This document shows, one piece after another, positions 1 through 13,722 of a DNA stretch of 64,000 nt. Within the stretch, counting starts at the first letter, position 1. The number at the start of each line of letters is the position of its first letter. The DNA is from Escherichia coli (GTDB lineage: Bacteria; Pseudomonadota; Gammaproteobacteria; Enterobacterales; Enterobacteriaceae). The notes below the pieces were generated by a model. It saw nothing but the letters and a program-made list of their open reading frames with translations. It did not search any database and was not told the origin of the DNA. The stretch is from NCBI RefSeq assembly GCF_011045215.1, contig NZ_CP049201.1; one strand, written 5' to 3'. The translations under genes and the position numbers were made by a program.

Positions 1-1694
<1,694 letters not shown>

Positions 1695-1696
1695 CA

Positions 1697-2038
1697 ATGC
1701 GAATATTTGTCTACGGCAGTTTACGCCACAAACAAGGCAACAGTCACTGGATGACCAATGCCCAGTTACTGGGCGATTTCAGTATCGATAACTACCAGTT
1801 GTATAGCCTGGGCCACTATCCAGGCGCAGTTCCGGGGAACGGAACGGTACACGGTGAAGTTTATCGTATTGACAACGCCACGCTGGCCGAACTTGATGCC
1901 TTGCGCACCAGGGGCGGTGAATACGCGCGCCAGTTGATTCAGACGCCGTACGGGAGTGCATGGATGTACGTTTATCAACGACCCGTCGATGGATTAAAGC
2001 TAATTGAAAGCGGCGACTGGTTAGACAGGGATAAGTAA
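1697..2038 (+). CDS. ytfP: Gamma-glutamylcyclotransferase-family protein YtfP
   Basis: 113 aa, MRIFVYGSLRHKQGNSHWM N-terminus (GGCT/AIG2-like fold signature YGSL); conserved synteny. Confidence 0.85.
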   Translation: MRIFVYGSLRHKQGNSHWMTNAQLLGDFSIDNYQLYSLGHYPGAVPGNGTVHGEVYRIDNATLAELDALRTRGGEYARQLIQTPYGSAWMYVYQRPVDGLKLIESGDWLDRDK

Positions 2039-2050
2039 CCATATGCATAC

Positions 2051-2076
2051 GCCACCTTCGGGTGGCGTTGTTTTTT
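2051..2076 (+). terminator. Rho-independent terminator after ytfP
   Basis: GCCACC-TTCG-GGTGGC hairpin followed by GTTGTTTTTT. Confidence 0.6.
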
Positions 2077-2249
2077 GCGAGACGACTCGCATTCTGTTTT
2101 GTAATTCCCTCACCTTTTGCTTTTCTCTCCGAGCCGCTTTCCATATCTATCAACGCATAAAAAACTCTGCTGGCATTCACAAATGCGCAGGGGTAAAACG
2201 TTTCCTGTAGCACCGTGAGTTATACTTTGTATAACTTAAGGAGGTGCAG

Positions 2250-2501
2250 ATGCGTATTACCATAAAAAGATGGGGGAACAGTGCAGGTATGGTCATTCCC
2301 AATATCGTAATGAAAGAACTTAACTTACAGCCGGGGCAGAGCGTGGAAGCGCAGGTGAGCAACAACCAACTGATTCTGACACCCATCTCCAGGCGCTACT
2401 CGCTTGATGAACTGCTGGCACAGTGTGACATGAACGCCGCGGAACTTAGCGAGCAGGATGTCTGGGGTAAATCCACCCCTGCGGGTGACGAAATATGGTA
2501 A
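2250..2501 (+). CDS. chpS: Antitoxin ChpS (ChpBI) of the chpB toxin-antitoxin pair
   Basis: 83-aa product MRITIKRWGNSAGMVIP... (AbrB/MazE-like); 4-bp overlap with downstream toxin gene; SD GGAGG upstream. Confidence 0.85.
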   Translation: MRITIKRWGNSAGMVIPNIVMKELNLQPGQSVEAQVSNNQLILTPISRRYSLDELLAQCDMNAAELSEQDVWGKSTPAGDEIW

Positions 2502-2845
2502 AGAAAAGTGAATTTGAACGGGGAGACATTGTGCTGGTTGGCTTTGATCCAGCAAGCGGCCATGAACAGCAAGGTGCTGGTCGACCTGCGCTTGTGCTCT
2601 CCGTTCAAGCCTTTAATCAACTGGGAATGACGCTGGTGGCCCCCATTACGCAGGGTGGAAATTTTGCCCGTTATGCCGGATTTAGCGTTCCTTTACATTG
2701 CGAAGAAGGCGATGTGCACGGCGTGGTGCTGGTTAATCAGGTGCGGATGATGGATCTACGCGCCCGGCTGGCAAAGCGTATTGGTCTGGCTGCGGATGAG
2801 GTGGTGGAAGAGGCGTTATTACGCTTGCAGGCGGTGGTGGAATAA
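2495..2845 (+). CDS. chpB: mRNA interferase toxin ChpB (ChpBK), MazF/PemK family
   Basis: 116 aa; MazF-like sequence; overlaps antitoxin gene stop. Confidence 0.85.
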   Translation: MVKKSEFERGDIVLVGFDPASGHEQQGAGRPALVLSVQAFNQLGMTLVAPITQGGNFARYAGFSVPLHCEEGDVHGVVLVNQVRMMDLRARLAKRIGLAADEVVEEALLRLQAVVE

Positions 2846-2924
2846 GGTGTGTTTATTTATCGCGGGCATAAAAAAACCCTTACTAACCGAAGCCCGGCGT
2901 TCAGGGTTATTACGCCAGAAGAAC

Positions 2925-3455
2925 TTATTTATTCTTTGCGCGCTCGAAGGAGGCAACGATTTCAGCTTTAGCGGCTTCTGCGTTTTCCCAACCTTCAACT
3001 TTCACCCACTTGCCTTTTTCGAGGTCTTTGTAGTGCTCGAAGAAGTGAGCGATTTGCGCTTTCAGCAGTTCAGGCAGATCGTTAACGTCTTTAATGTGAT
3101 CGTATTCTTTGCTCAGCTTGCTGTGCGGAACCGCAACCAGTTTCGCATCTTCACCGGCTTCGTCGGTCATTTTCAGAACGCCAACCGGACGGCAACGGAT
3201 CACAGAACCCGGCTGCAGCGGGTACGGAGTTGGGACCAGTACGTCAACTGGGTCACCGTCCAGAGACAGGGTGTGGTTGATGTAACCGTAGTTGCACGGA
3301 TAGAACATCGCGGTGGACATGAAGCGGTCAACGAACAGTGCGCCGCTCTCTTTGTCGATTTCGTATTTGATCGGATCTGCGTTAGCCGGGATCTCAATAA
3401 CAACGTAGATGTCTTCCGGCAGATCTTTACCCGCAGGGACGTTGAGTAAGCTCAT
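2925..3455 (-). CDS. ppa: Inorganic pyrophosphatase
   Basis: 176 aa [23 protein letters not shown]...; family I PPase. Confidence 0.92.
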   Translation of the reverse strand: MSLLNVPAGKDLPEDIYVVIEIPANADPIKYEIDKESGALFVDRFMSTAMFYPCNYGYINHTLSLDGDPVDVLVPTPYPLQPGSVIRCRPVGVLKMTDEAGEDAKLVAVPHSKLSKEYDHIKDVNDLPELLKAQIAHFFEHYKDLEKGKWVKVEGWENAEAAKAEIVASFERAKNK

Positions 3456-3764
3456 GTCTGTTTCCTTTAAAAATATGTGGCAAACAAGTGCCGAGTATTA
3501 TAGCCAACTCGCGCCGAATGTCTTCGCTTGTTTTCGTCTTCATTTTCCTTTTTCACCAGTTTTAAGACGGTATACAGAGCAGGAAAATCCATAACCGTAG
3601 CCGCATTTTTCATAGTGAGATGAAAGCGATTACAAACTTGTGATTAACGTTTTATTTACTTTTTTGAAGTGTGATGTAACGCAATCCGTTACATAACGAA
3701 TTGTCTATAGTTTTTTCGCGAACATCTTTTCACCAATAATAATTACTCCGACGAGGACAACCCT

Positions 3765-4721
3765 ATGTGGAAACGCTTACTTGTAGTCTCTGCAGTCTCG
3801 GCAGCCATGTCGTCTATGGCGTTGGCCGCTCCATTAACCGTAGGATTTTCGCAGGTCGGATCGGAATCCGGCTGGCGCGCCGCAGAAACCAATGTGGCGA
3901 AAAGTGAGGCCGAAAAACGCGGAATTACGTTGAAAATTGCCGATGGTCAGCAAAAGCAGGAAAACCAGATTAAAGCGGTACGTTCCTTCGTTGCACAAGG
4001 GGTGGATGCGATCTTTATCGCTCCGGTGGTCGCGACAGGTTGGGAACCGGTATTAAAAGAGGCGAAAGATGCCGAAATCCCGGTCTTCTTGCTCGACCGT
4101 TCCATCGATGTGAAAGACAAATCTCTCTATATGACCACCGTTACTGCCGACAACATCCTCGAAGGTAAGTTGATCGGTGACTGGCTGGTAAAAGAAGTGA
4201 ATGGCAAACCATGCAACGTGGTGGAGCTGCAGGGCACCGTTGGGGCCAGCGTCGCCATTGACCGTAAGAAAGGCTTTGCCGAAGCCATTAAGAATGCGCC
4301 AAATATCAAAATTATCCGCTCGCAGTCAGGTGACTTCACCCGCAGTAAAGGCAAAGAAGTCATGGAGAGCTTTATCAAAGCGGAAAACAACGGCAAAAAC
4401 ATCTGCATGGTTTACGCCCATAACGACGACATGGTGATTGGTGCAATTCAGGCAATTAAAGAAGCGGGCCTGAAACCGGGCAAAGATATCCTCACGGGTT
4501 CCATTGACGGTGTACCGGACATCTACAAAGCGATGATGGATGGCGAAGCGAACGCCAGTGTTGAACTGACGCCGAACATGGCGGGACCCGCTTTTGACGC
4601 GCTGGAGAAATACAAAAAAGACGGCACCATGCCTGAAAAGCTGACGTTAACCAAATCCACCCTTTACCTGCCTGATACCGCAAAAGAAGAGTTAGAGAAG
4701 AAGAAAAATATGGGGTATTGA
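3765..4721 (+). CDS. ytfQ: Galactofuranose ABC transporter periplasmic binding protein
   Basis: 318 aa with N-terminal signal peptide, sugar-binding-protein-like; operon with ytfRT-yjfF. Confidence 0.85.
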   Translation: MWKRLLVVSAVSAAMSSMALAAPLTVGFSQVGSESGWRAAETNVAKSEAEKRGITLKIADGQQKQENQIKAVRSFVAQGVDAIFIAPVVATGWEPVLKEAKDAEIPVFLLDRSIDVKDKSLYMTTVTADNILEGKLIGDWLVKEVNGKPCNVVELQGTVGASVAIDRKKGFAEAIKNAPNIKIIRSQSGDFTRSKGKEVMESFIKAENNGKNICMVYAHNDDMVIGAIQAIKEAGLKPGKDILTGSIDGVPDIYKAMMDGEANASVELTPNMAGPAFDALEKYKKDGTMPEKLTLTKSTLYLPDTAKEELEKKKNMGY

Positions 4722-4730
4722 GGGTTGCTA

Positions 4731-4842
4731 TGCCTGATGCCGATTCGTAGGCCGGATAAGGCGCTCGCGCCGCATCCGGCGATGGTGCACTGAAGCCTGA
4801 TGCGACGCTTACCGCGTCTTATCATGCCTACTGGGAGCACGC
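4731..4842. repeat. REP/BIME repetitive extragenic palindrome cluster
   Basis: Copies of GCCTGATGCGACGC...CGTCTTATCAGGCCTAC / GCCGGATAAGGCG...CGCATCCGGC motifs between ytfQ and ytfR. Confidence 0.8.
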
Positions 4843-4860
4843 TTTACACCGGGGGAAACC

Positions 4861-6363
4861 ATGACGACCGACCAACACCAGGAGATCCTCCGCACCGAAG
4901 GATTAAGTAAATTTTTCCCCGGCGTCAAAGCGTTAGACAACGTTGATTTCAGCCTGCGCCGTGGCGAAATCATGGCGCTGCTCGGTGAAAACGGGGCGGG
5001 AAAATCAACGCTAATCAAAGCATTAACTGGTGTATACCATGCCGATCGCGGCACCATCTGGCTGGAAGGCCAGCCTATCTCACCGAAAAATACCGCCCAC
5101 GCGCAACAACTCGGCATTGGCACCGTCTATCAGGAAGTAAACCTGCTACCCAATATGTCGGTCGCTGATAATCTATTTATAGGCCGCGAACCCAAACGCT
5201 TCGGCCTTCTACGCCGCAAAGAGATGGAAAAGCGCGCCACCGAACTGATGGCATCTTACGGTTTCTCCCTCGACGTGCGCGAACCGCTCAACCGCTTTTC
5301 AGTCGCGATGCAGCAAATCGTCGCTATTTGCCGGGCTATCGATCTCTCTGCCAAAGTGCTGATCCTCGATGAACCCACCGCCAGTCTCGACACCCAGGAA
5401 GTGGAGTTACTGTTTGACCTGATGCGTCAGTTGCGCGATCGCGGCGTCAGCCTGATTTTTGTCACTCACTTTCTCGATCAGGTCTATCAGGTCAGCGATC
5501 GGATCACCGTCTTACGCAACGGCAGTTTCGTAGGCTGTCGGGAAACGTGCGAGCTACCGCAGCTCGAACTGGTAAAAATGATGCTGGGGCGCGAGCTGGA
5601 TACCCACGCGCTACAGCGTGCCGGGCGAACATTGTTGAGCGACAAACCCGTTGCCGCGTTCAAAAATTACGGCAAAAAAGGAACGATCGCACCGTTTGAT
5701 CTCGAAGTACGCCCCGGCGAGATCGTCGGTCTGGCTGGATTGCTGGGATCAGGACGTACCGAAACCGCCGAAGTGATCTTCGGTATCAAACCTGCTGACA
5801 GCGGCACGGCGTTGATCAAAGGCAAACCGCAAAACCTGCGATCGCCACATCAGGCTTCGGTACTGGGCATTGGCTTCTGCCCGGAAGACAGGAAAACCGA
5901 TGGCATCATCGCTGCCGCCTCGGTGCGGGAAAATATCATCCTCGCTCTCCAGGCCCAGCGCGGCTGGCTACGTCCCATTTCCCGCAAAGAGCAGCAAGAG
6001 ATTGCCGAACGCTTTATCCGCCAGCTTGGCATTCGCACACCTTCAACTGAACAACCGATTGAATTTCTCTCCGGCGGCAATCAGCAAAAAGTGTTGTTTT
6101 CACGTTGGCTACTGACCCGACCGCAATTTCTGATCCTCGATGAGCCAACCCGCGGCATTGATGTTGGTGCCCACGCCGAGATCATCCGCCTGATTGAAAC
6201 GCTATGCGCCGATGGTCTGGCGCTGCTGGTGATCTCCTCCGAACTGGAAGAACTGGTGGGCTATGCCGACCGGGTGATTATCATGCGCGATCGCAAACAG
6301 GTGGCGGAGATCCCGCTGGCAGAGCTTTCCGTTCCGGCGATCATGAACGCCATTGCGGCGTAA
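4861..6363 (+). CDS. ytfR: Sugar ABC transporter ATP-binding protein (tandem ABC domains)
   Basis: 500 aa; Walker A GENGAGKST, signature LSGGNQQK, Walker B LILDEPT; two ATPase domains. Confidence 0.88.
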   Translation: MTTDQHQEILRTEGLSKFFPGVKALDNVDFSLRRGEIMALLGENGAGKSTLIKALTGVYHADRGTIWLEGQPISPKNTAHAQQLGIGTVYQEVNLLPNMSVADNLFIGREPKRFGLLRRKEMEKRATELMASYGFSLDVREPLNRFSVAMQQIVAICRAIDLSAKVLILDEPTASLDTQEVELLFDLMRQLRDRGVSLIFVTHFLDQVYQVSDRITVLRNGSFVGCRETCELPQLELVKMMLGRELDTHALQRAGRTLLSDKPVAAFKNYGKKGTIAPFDLEVRPGEIVGLAGLLGSGRTETAEVIFGIKPADSGTALIKGKPQNLRSPHQASVLGIGFCPEDRKTDGIIAAASVRENIILALQAQRGWLRPISRKEQQEIAERFIRQLGIRTPSTEQPIEFLSGGNQQKVLFSRWLLTRPQFLILDEPTRGIDVGAHAEIIRLIETLCADGLALLVISSELEELVGYADRVIIMRDRKQVAEIPLAELSVPAIMNAIAA

Positions 6364-6373
6364 GGAGAACAGT

Positions 6374-7399
6374 GTGATGCCTCAATCTCTTCCGGACACC
6401 ACTACGCCAAAAAGGCGCTTTCGCTGGCCGACGGGGATGCCGCAGCTGGTAGCACTATTGCTGGTGCTGCTGGTCGATAGCCTGGTAGCCCCGCATTTCT
6501 GGCAGGTGGTGCTTCAGGATGGGCGTTTGTTCGGTAGCCCCATAGACATTCTTAACCGTGCAGCTCCCGTTGCGTTACTGGCGATTGGCATGACGCTGGT
6601 GATCGCCACCGGTGGGATTGATCTCTCCGTAGGGGCGGTGATGGCTATCGCCGGAGCCACAACGGCTGCGATGACGGTCGCGGGATTCAGCCTGCCGATT
6701 GTTTTGTTAAGCGCCCTGGGCACCGGCATCCTGGCGGGATTGTGGAACGGCATACTGGTAGCGATCCTCAAAATTCAGCCGTTTGTCGCCACTCTGATCC
6801 TGATGGTCGCCGGGCGCGGCGTGGCGCAACTGATCACCGCCGGGCAGATCGTCACGTTTAACTCGCCGGATCTCTCATGGTTCGGCAGTGGATCGCTGTT
6901 GTTCCTGCCAACGCCGGTCATTATCGCGGTGCTGACGCTTATCCTGTTCTGGCTGTTGACCCGCAAAACGGCGCTGGGGATGTTTATCGAAGCCGTTGGT
7001 ATCAACATTCGGGCGGCAAAAAATGCCGGGGTAAACACGCGGATCATCGTCATGCTTACCTACGTGTTGAGCGGGCTGTGTGCGGCGATTGCGGGCATTA
7101 TCGTGGCGGCGGATATTCGCGGTGCCGATGCCAATAACGCCGGATTATGGCTGGAGCTGGACGCCATTCTCGCGGTGGTGATTGGCGGTGGTTCGCTGAT
7201 GGGCGGACGTTTTAACCTACTGCTTTCGGTGGTGGGGGCGCTGATTATTCAGGGGATGAACACCGGAATTTTGCTTTCGGGCTTTCCGCCAGAGATGAAC
7301 CAGGTGGTGAAAGCGGTGGTGGTTCTTTGCGTGCTGATTGTCCAGTCGCAACGCTTTATCAGTCTGATTAAAGGAGTACGTAGCCGTGATAAAACGTAA
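6374..7399 (+). CDS. ytfT: Sugar ABC transporter permease
   Basis: Polytopic membrane protein; SD AGGAG before GTG/ATG at 6374/6377; ORF track start 6353 probably too early. Confidence 0.8.
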   Translation: MMPQSLPDTTTPKRRFRWPTGMPQLVALLLVLLVDSLVAPHFWQVVLQDGRLFGSPIDILNRAAPVALLAIGMTLVIATGGIDLSVGAVMAIAGATTAAMTVAGFSLPIVLLSALGTGILAGLWNGILVAILKIQPFVATLILMVAGRGVAQLITAGQIVTFNSPDLSWFGSGSLLFLPTPVIIAVLTLILFWLLTRKTALGMFIEAVGINIRAAKNAGVNTRIIVMLTYVLSGLCAAIAGIIVAADIRGADANNAGLWLELDAILAVVIGGGSLMGGRFNLLLSVVGALIIQGMNTGILLSGFPPEMNQVVKAVVVLCVLIVQSQRFISLIKGVRSRDKT

Positions 7400-8381
7400 T
7401 TTGCCACTGATGATCACCATCGGCGTCTTTGTGTTGGGTTATCTTTACTGCCTGACCCAGTTTCCCGGTTTTGCTTCCACAAGAGTGATCTGCAATATCC
7501 TGACCGATAATGCCTTTCTTGGGATAATCGCCGTTGGCATGACCTTTGTGATCCTCTCCGGTGGGATCGATCTCTCTGTTGGTTCGGTGATCGCCTTTAC
7601 CGGCGTGTTTCTGGCAAAAGTGATTGGCGATTTCGGCCTCTCGCCGTTGCTGGCATTTCCGCTGGTGCTGGTAATGGGCTGTGCCTTCGGCGCATTTATG
7701 GGGCTTTTGATCGATGCCCTGAAGATCCCGGCGTTTATCATTACCCTTGCTGGGATGTTCTTTTTGCGCGGTGTCAGCTATCTCATCTCAGAAGAGTCGA
7801 TCCCGATAAACCATCCTGTTTATGACACGCTCTCAAGCCTTGTATGGAAAATCCCTGGCGGCGGTCGCTTAAGTGCGATGGGGCTGCTGATGCTGGCGGT
7901 GGTGGTTATCGGCATATTCCTCGCGCATCGTACCCGTTTTGGTAATCAGGTATACGCCATTGGCGGCAATGCGACGTCGGCAAACCTGATGGGGATTTCT
8001 ACCCGTAGCACTACTATTCGCATTTATATGCTCTCCACCGGACTGGCAACGCTGGCGGGGATTGTCTTCTCGATTTATACCCAGGCCGGATATGCGCTGG
8101 CGGGCGTAGGTGTGGAACTGGACGCTATCGCCTCAGTGGTGATTGGCGGTACGCTTTTGAGCGGTGGCGTTGGAACGGTATTAGGGACGCTTTTTGGCGT
8201 GGCGATTCAGGGACTGATTCAGACTTACATAAACTTTGATGGCACGCTGAGCTCATGGTGGACGAAAATCGCCATCGGTATTTTGTTGTTTATTTTTATA
8301 GCATTACAGCGTGGATTAACGGTGCTGTGGGAGAATCGTCAGAGTTCGCCAGTGACAAGAGTCAACATTGCGCAGCGATAA
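7386..8381 (+). CDS. yjfF: Sugar ABC transporter permease
   Basis: 331 aa hydrophobic permease paralogous to ytfT; overlaps ytfT stop. Confidence 0.85.
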   Translation: MIKRNLPLMITIGVFVLGYLYCLTQFPGFASTRVICNILTDNAFLGIIAVGMTFVILSGGIDLSVGSVIAFTGVFLAKVIGDFGLSPLLAFPLVLVMGCAFGAFMGLLIDALKIPAFIITLAGMFFLRGVSYLISEESIPINHPVYDTLSSLVWKIPGGGRLSAMGLLMLAVVVIGIFLAHRTRFGNQVYAIGGNATSANLMGISTRSTTIRIYMLSTGLATLAGIVFSIYTQAGYALAGVGVELDAIASVVIGGTLLSGGVGTVLGTLFGVAIQGLIQTYINFDGTLSSWWTKIAIGILLFIFIALQRGLTVLWENRQSSPVTRVNIAQR

Positions 8382-8413
8382 AAACGCCTCTCCGTGTGGA
8401 GAGGCGCAGGAGA

Positions 8414-9412
8414 TTACGCGTCCGGGAACTCACGGATAAAGCGTTCGACATCTTCAACCATATGGTCGTTGCCGACAAAGAACGAACGGCGCTGGTGCAG
8501 GGTTTCCGGGATAATATCCAGAATACGCTCTTTGCCATCGCTCGCTTTACCGCCCGCTTGTTCCGCCAGGAATGCCATCGGGTTGCACTCATACAGCAAA
8601 CGCAGTTTGCCGTCCGGGTGGCTGGCGGTGCTTGGGTAGAGATAAATACCGCCTTTCAGTAGGTTACGGTGGAAATCCGCAACCAGTGAGCCGATATAAC
8701 GTGAGGTATACGGGCGGTTGGTGGATTTATCTTCTTCCTGGCAGAATTTAATGTACTTCTTCACCCCGTTCGGAAACTTAATGTAGTTTCCTTCGTTGAT
8801 GGAGTAGGTTTTGCCTTTCTCCGGGAAGCGCATTCGTTCCTGGCACAGGCAGAAAACGCCCAGCGAAGGATCGTAAGTAAAGGCGTGAACACCGCATCCG
8901 GTGGTGTAAACCAGCATGGTAGAGGAGCCGTATACCACGTAACCTGCCGCAACCTGTTTGTTACCAGGCTGGAGGAAATCTTCTTCCGTTACCGGCGTGC
9001 CGACGGGCGTAACTCGGCGGTAGATGGAGAAAATGGTACCGACAGAGACGTTAACATCGATGTTGGACGAGCCATCCAGTGGGTCCATCAGCACCACGTA
9101 TTTTGCATGTTCACAGCCTTCAAAGACAACAATCTCATCTTCTTCTTCAGAGGCAATGCCCGCAACGATATCGCGTGCTTTCAGTGCGGCTTTCAGTTTT
9201 TCATTAGCGAACAAGTCGAGTTTCTGTTGAACCTCGCCCTGCACGTTCTCAGCACCGCTGGCACCCAGGATATCAACCAGTCCTGCTTTGTTGATATCGC
9301 GATGGATAATCTTGGCGCCCAGTTTTATTGCCGACAGCAAAGCAGTGAGCTCACCGGTAGCATGAGAAAACTCGTGCTGCTTTTCGACAATAAATTCACC
9401 TAACGTTTTCAT
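8414..9412 (-). CDS. fbp: Fructose-1,6-bisphosphatase class 1
   Basis: Product from [15 protein letters not shown]... (332 aa); ORF track 5' extension to 9595 is spurious (it overlaps the mpl start); ATG at 9412. Confidence 0.9.
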
Positions 9413-9587
9413 AAAACTTTCCCTGCAATGTTTATGGAGTAAAGCGACCGCAACAATCTTAACAAATAATCTCAATGTTGCGCTCAGGTGAATCGCGCCA
9501 GCAAATTGCGGATTATCCTGAAATGCGTTTCTCACTTGCCCGACATATGCGTAAAATGAGCGGCAGATTAAAAAAGGATAGTGACGT

Positions 9588-10961
9588 ATGCGCATTCATA
9601 TTTTAGGAATTTGTGGCACGTTTATGGGCGGTCTGGCGATGCTGGCGCGCCAGTTAGGCCATGAAGTAACGGGTTCGGACGCCAATGTGTATCCGCCGAT
9701 GAGCACCTTACTTGAGAAGCAATGCATTGAACTGATTCAGGGTTACGATGCCAGCCAGCTCGATCCGCAGCCGGATCTGGTGATTATTGGCAACGCCATG
9801 ACCCGTGGAAATCCGTGTGTGGAAGCGGTACTGGAAAAAAACATCCCTTATATGTCAGGTCCACAGTGGCTGCACGATTTTGTGCTGCGCGACCGCTGGG
9901 TGCTGGCCGTTGCCGGTACACACGGCAAAACCACCACCGCGGGAATGGCGACCTGGATTCTGGAACAGTGCGGTTACAAACCGGGATTTGTGATCGGCGG
10001 TGTGCCGGGGAACTTTGAGGTTTCGGCTCGTCTGGGCGAAAGCGACTTCTTTGTTATCGAAGCGGATGAGTATGACTGCGCCTTCTTCGACAAACGCTCT
10101 AAATTTGTCCATTACTGCCCGCGTACGCTGATCCTCAACAACCTTGAGTTCGATCACGCCGATATCTTTGACGACCTGAAAGCGATCCAGAAACAGTTCC
10201 ACCATCTGGTGCGTATCGTTCCGGGGCAGGGCCGTATTATCTGGCCGGAAAACGACATCAACCTGAAACAGACCATGGCGATGGGCTGCTGGAGCGAGCA
10301 GGAGCTGGTGGGCGAGCAGGGTCACTGGCAGGCGAAAAAGCTAACCACTGACGCTTCTGAATGGGAAGTCTTGTTGGATGGCGAAAAAGTGGGCGAAGTG
10401 AAATGGTCGCTGGTAGGCGAACATAATATGCACAATGGCCTGATGGCGATTGCGGCGGCTCGCCATGTTGGTGTAGCGCCGGCAGATGCCGCTAACGCGC
10501 TGGGTTCGTTTATTAATGCTCGTCGCCGTCTGGAGTTGCGTGGTGAAGCGAATGGCGTCACGGTATATGACGATTTCGCCCATCACCCAACGGCGATTCT
10601 GGCAACGCTGGCGGCGCTGCGTGGCAAAGTTGGTGGTACGGCGCGCATTATTGCTGTGCTGGAACCGCGCTCGAATACCATGAAAATGGGGATCTGCAAA
10701 GACGATCTGGCACCTTCATTAGGTCGTGCCGATGAAGTCTTCCTGCTGCAACCGGCGCATATTCCGTGGCAGGTGGCAGAAGTGGCAGAAGCCTGCGTTC
10801 AGCCTGCACACTGGAGTGGCGATGTGGATACGCTGGCAGATATGGTGGTGAAAACCGCTCAGCCTGGCGACCATATTCTGGTGATGAGCAACGGCGGTTT
10901 TGGTGGGATCCATCAGAAACTGCTGGATGGTCTGGCGAAGAAGGCGGAAGCCGCGCAGTAA
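9588..10961 (+). CDS. mpl: UDP-N-acetylmuramate:L-alanyl-gamma-D-glutamyl-meso-diaminopimelate ligase
   Basis: 457 aa Mur ligase family, GTHGKTTT P-loop. Confidence 0.9.
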
Positions 10962-10984
10962 TTCGGCCTCAGCCTGAGATAGCA

Positions 10985-11090
10985 TTGCCGGATAAGGCGT
11001 TTACGCCGCATCCGGCATTTGAGCATAGTGCCTGATGCGACGCTTGATGCGTCTTATCAGGCCTACAGGTGCACCGCATCCGGCAAACCA
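10985..11090. repeat. REP elements
   Basis: GCCGGATAAGGCGTTTACGCCGCATCCGGC and CCTGATGCGACGCTTGATGCGTCTTATCAGGCCTAC palindromic units after mpl. Confidence 0.8.
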
Positions 11091-11111
11091 TACTCACATC
11101 AACAACGAAAA

Positions 11112-11663
11112 TTACCCTTCGTTCTCCGCTAACTCGCGCAGATACTGGAAAATCTGGCGTGCGGATTTCGGCGGCTTATTCCCTTCTTTCTCTTTCTTCG
11201 CGTTGCGGATCAGCGTACGCAGTTGCTGACGATCGGCATCGGGCCACAGATTTAATACCTCAGCGATGGCGTCATCACCTTGATCGATCAGACGATCGCG
11301 CAGGTTTTCCAGTTTATGGAACAGCACCACCTGCTGGTTGTGACGGTTTTTCAGCTTATCCAGCGCCTGACGAATAGGCTCTACGTCGCGCTGGCGCAGC
11401 ATCTTACCGATGAGCTGCAACTGGCGGCGGCGACCTTCCATCTTAATACGCTGGGCGAGCTCAATAGCCGCGCGCAGATCCGCATCTAACGGGATCTTAT
11501 CCAGCGCGTTTTTCCCCAGATCAACAATTTCCGCGCCAAGGCGTTTTAGCTCCTCGGCATCACGTTTAATTTCACTTTTACTGACCCAGATAATTTCATC
11601 GTCTTCGTCTTCGATGTCATCACCGGGAACGTCGTCGAGCCAGTCTTCGGGCTGCTTAGTCAT
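11112..11663 (-). CDS. yjgA: Ribosome-associated protein YjgA (DUF615)
   Basis: 183 aa acidic N-terminus, conserved synteny next to pmbA. Confidence 0.85.
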
Positions 11664-11756
11664 CTCAGGCTCCTTAAAAAAAGAGGCTAATGTTACCAGT
11701 TAAGATGCGCACTGAAAAACGGTTCTCTGTTAGACTTCAGAGAAACTCTCTACATT

Positions 11757-13109
11757 ATGGCACTTGCAATGAAAGTAATCTCTCAAGTTGAAGCGCAGCG
11801 CAAGATTCTGGAAGAAGCAGTTTCCACTGCGCTGGAGTTGGCCTCAGGCAAATCGGACGGTGCGGAAGTTGCCGTCAGCAAGACCACCGGCATTAGCGTA
11901 AGCACGCGTTATGGTGAAGTGGAGAATGTTGAATTCAATAGCGATGGCGCGCTGGGGATCACTGTTTATCACCAGAACCGCAAAGGTAGCGCATCATCCA
12001 CCGATTTAAGCCCGCAGGCCATTGCCCGTACTGTACAGGCGGCGCTGGATATTGCCCGTTATACCTCGCCAGATCCCTGTGCCGGCGTGGCAGACAAAGA
12101 GCTGCTGGCCTTTGACGCACCGGATCTCGACTTGTTCCACCCTGCGGAAGTTTCCCCGGATGAAGCCATTGAACTGGCGGCCCGCGCAGAACAGGCGGCA
12201 TTGCAGGCGGACAAACGCATCACCAATACCGAAGGTGGCAGCTTTAACAGCCACTACGGTGTCAAAGTTTTTGGCAACAGCCACGGCATGTTGCAGGGTT
12301 ACTGCTCAACGCGTCATTCGCTCTCCAGCTGTGTAATTGCCGAAGAAAATGGCGATATGGAGCGTGATTACGCCTACACCATTGGTCGTGCGATGAGCGA
12401 TCTGCAAACGCCAGAGTGGGTTGGGGCCGACTGTGCTCGCCGTACTTTATCGCGCCTGTCACCGCGTAAACTCTCCACCATGAAAGCGCCGGTCATTTTT
12501 GCCAATGAAGTGGCAACCGGGCTTTTTGGCCATCTGGTGGGGGCGATAGCGGGTGGATCGGTTTACCGTAAATCTACCTTCCTGCTGGATTCGCTGGGTA
12601 AACAAATTCTGCCGGACTGGCTGACCATTGAAGAGCATCCGCATCTGCTGAAAGGGCTGGCGTCGACGCCATTCGACAGCGAAGGGGTGCGCACCGAGCG
12701 TCGCGATATTATTAAAGATGGCATCCTGACTCAGTGGCTGCTGACCAGCTATTCGGCGCGAAAACTGGGGCTGAAAAGCACCGGACATGCGGGCGGTATT
12801 CACAACTGGCGGATTGCCGGACAAGGTCTAAGCTTCGAGCAGATGCTCAAAGAGATGGGCACCGGGCTGGTGGTGACGGAATTGATGGGCCAGGGCGTGA
12901 GTGCAATTACCGGTGATTATTCCCGTGGTGCGGCGGGCTTCTGGGTAGAAAACGGCGAAATTCAGTATCCGGTTAGCGAAATCACCATCGCAGGTAATTT
13001 AAAAGATATGTGGCGCAATATTGTCACCGTCGGTAACGATATTGAAACACGCAGTAATATACAGTGTGGTTCTGTGCTGTTGCCGGAGATGAAAATCGCC
13101 GGACAGTAA
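11757..13109 (+). CDS. pmbA: Metalloprotease PmbA/TldE
   Basis: 450 aa [20 protein letters not shown]... Confidence 0.9.
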
Positions 13110-13288
13110 AAAACTGGCGCGACCTGCCGCGCTATAAACTAAAAAATTACACAAAATCATTCGCACTGCTTCGAGACGGAAAGTGAATGAGGGCCGGGGA
13201 GCGTACTCGCAGTACGTGACCCGGTCGAATGAGCGTAGTCGTCGATGAGGCAGTGTGAAGGATGAAGTGTAAATAAAAAAGGAAGTGA

Positions 13289-13678
<390 letters not shown>

Positions 13679-13722
13679 TTCCTCATTTCCCTGTTGCCTG
13701 CACTCAGGTAACAGGGAACTTA

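Noticed and set aside
2781-3449. 222-aa plus-strand ORF
   Set aside because: Antisense to ppa and overlaps the chpB 3' end; ppa is the genuine gene
8414-9595. Full 393-aa extent of the ORF containing fbp
   Set aside because: The upstream 61 codons overlap the divergent mpl start region; the true fbp start is the internal ATG at 9412
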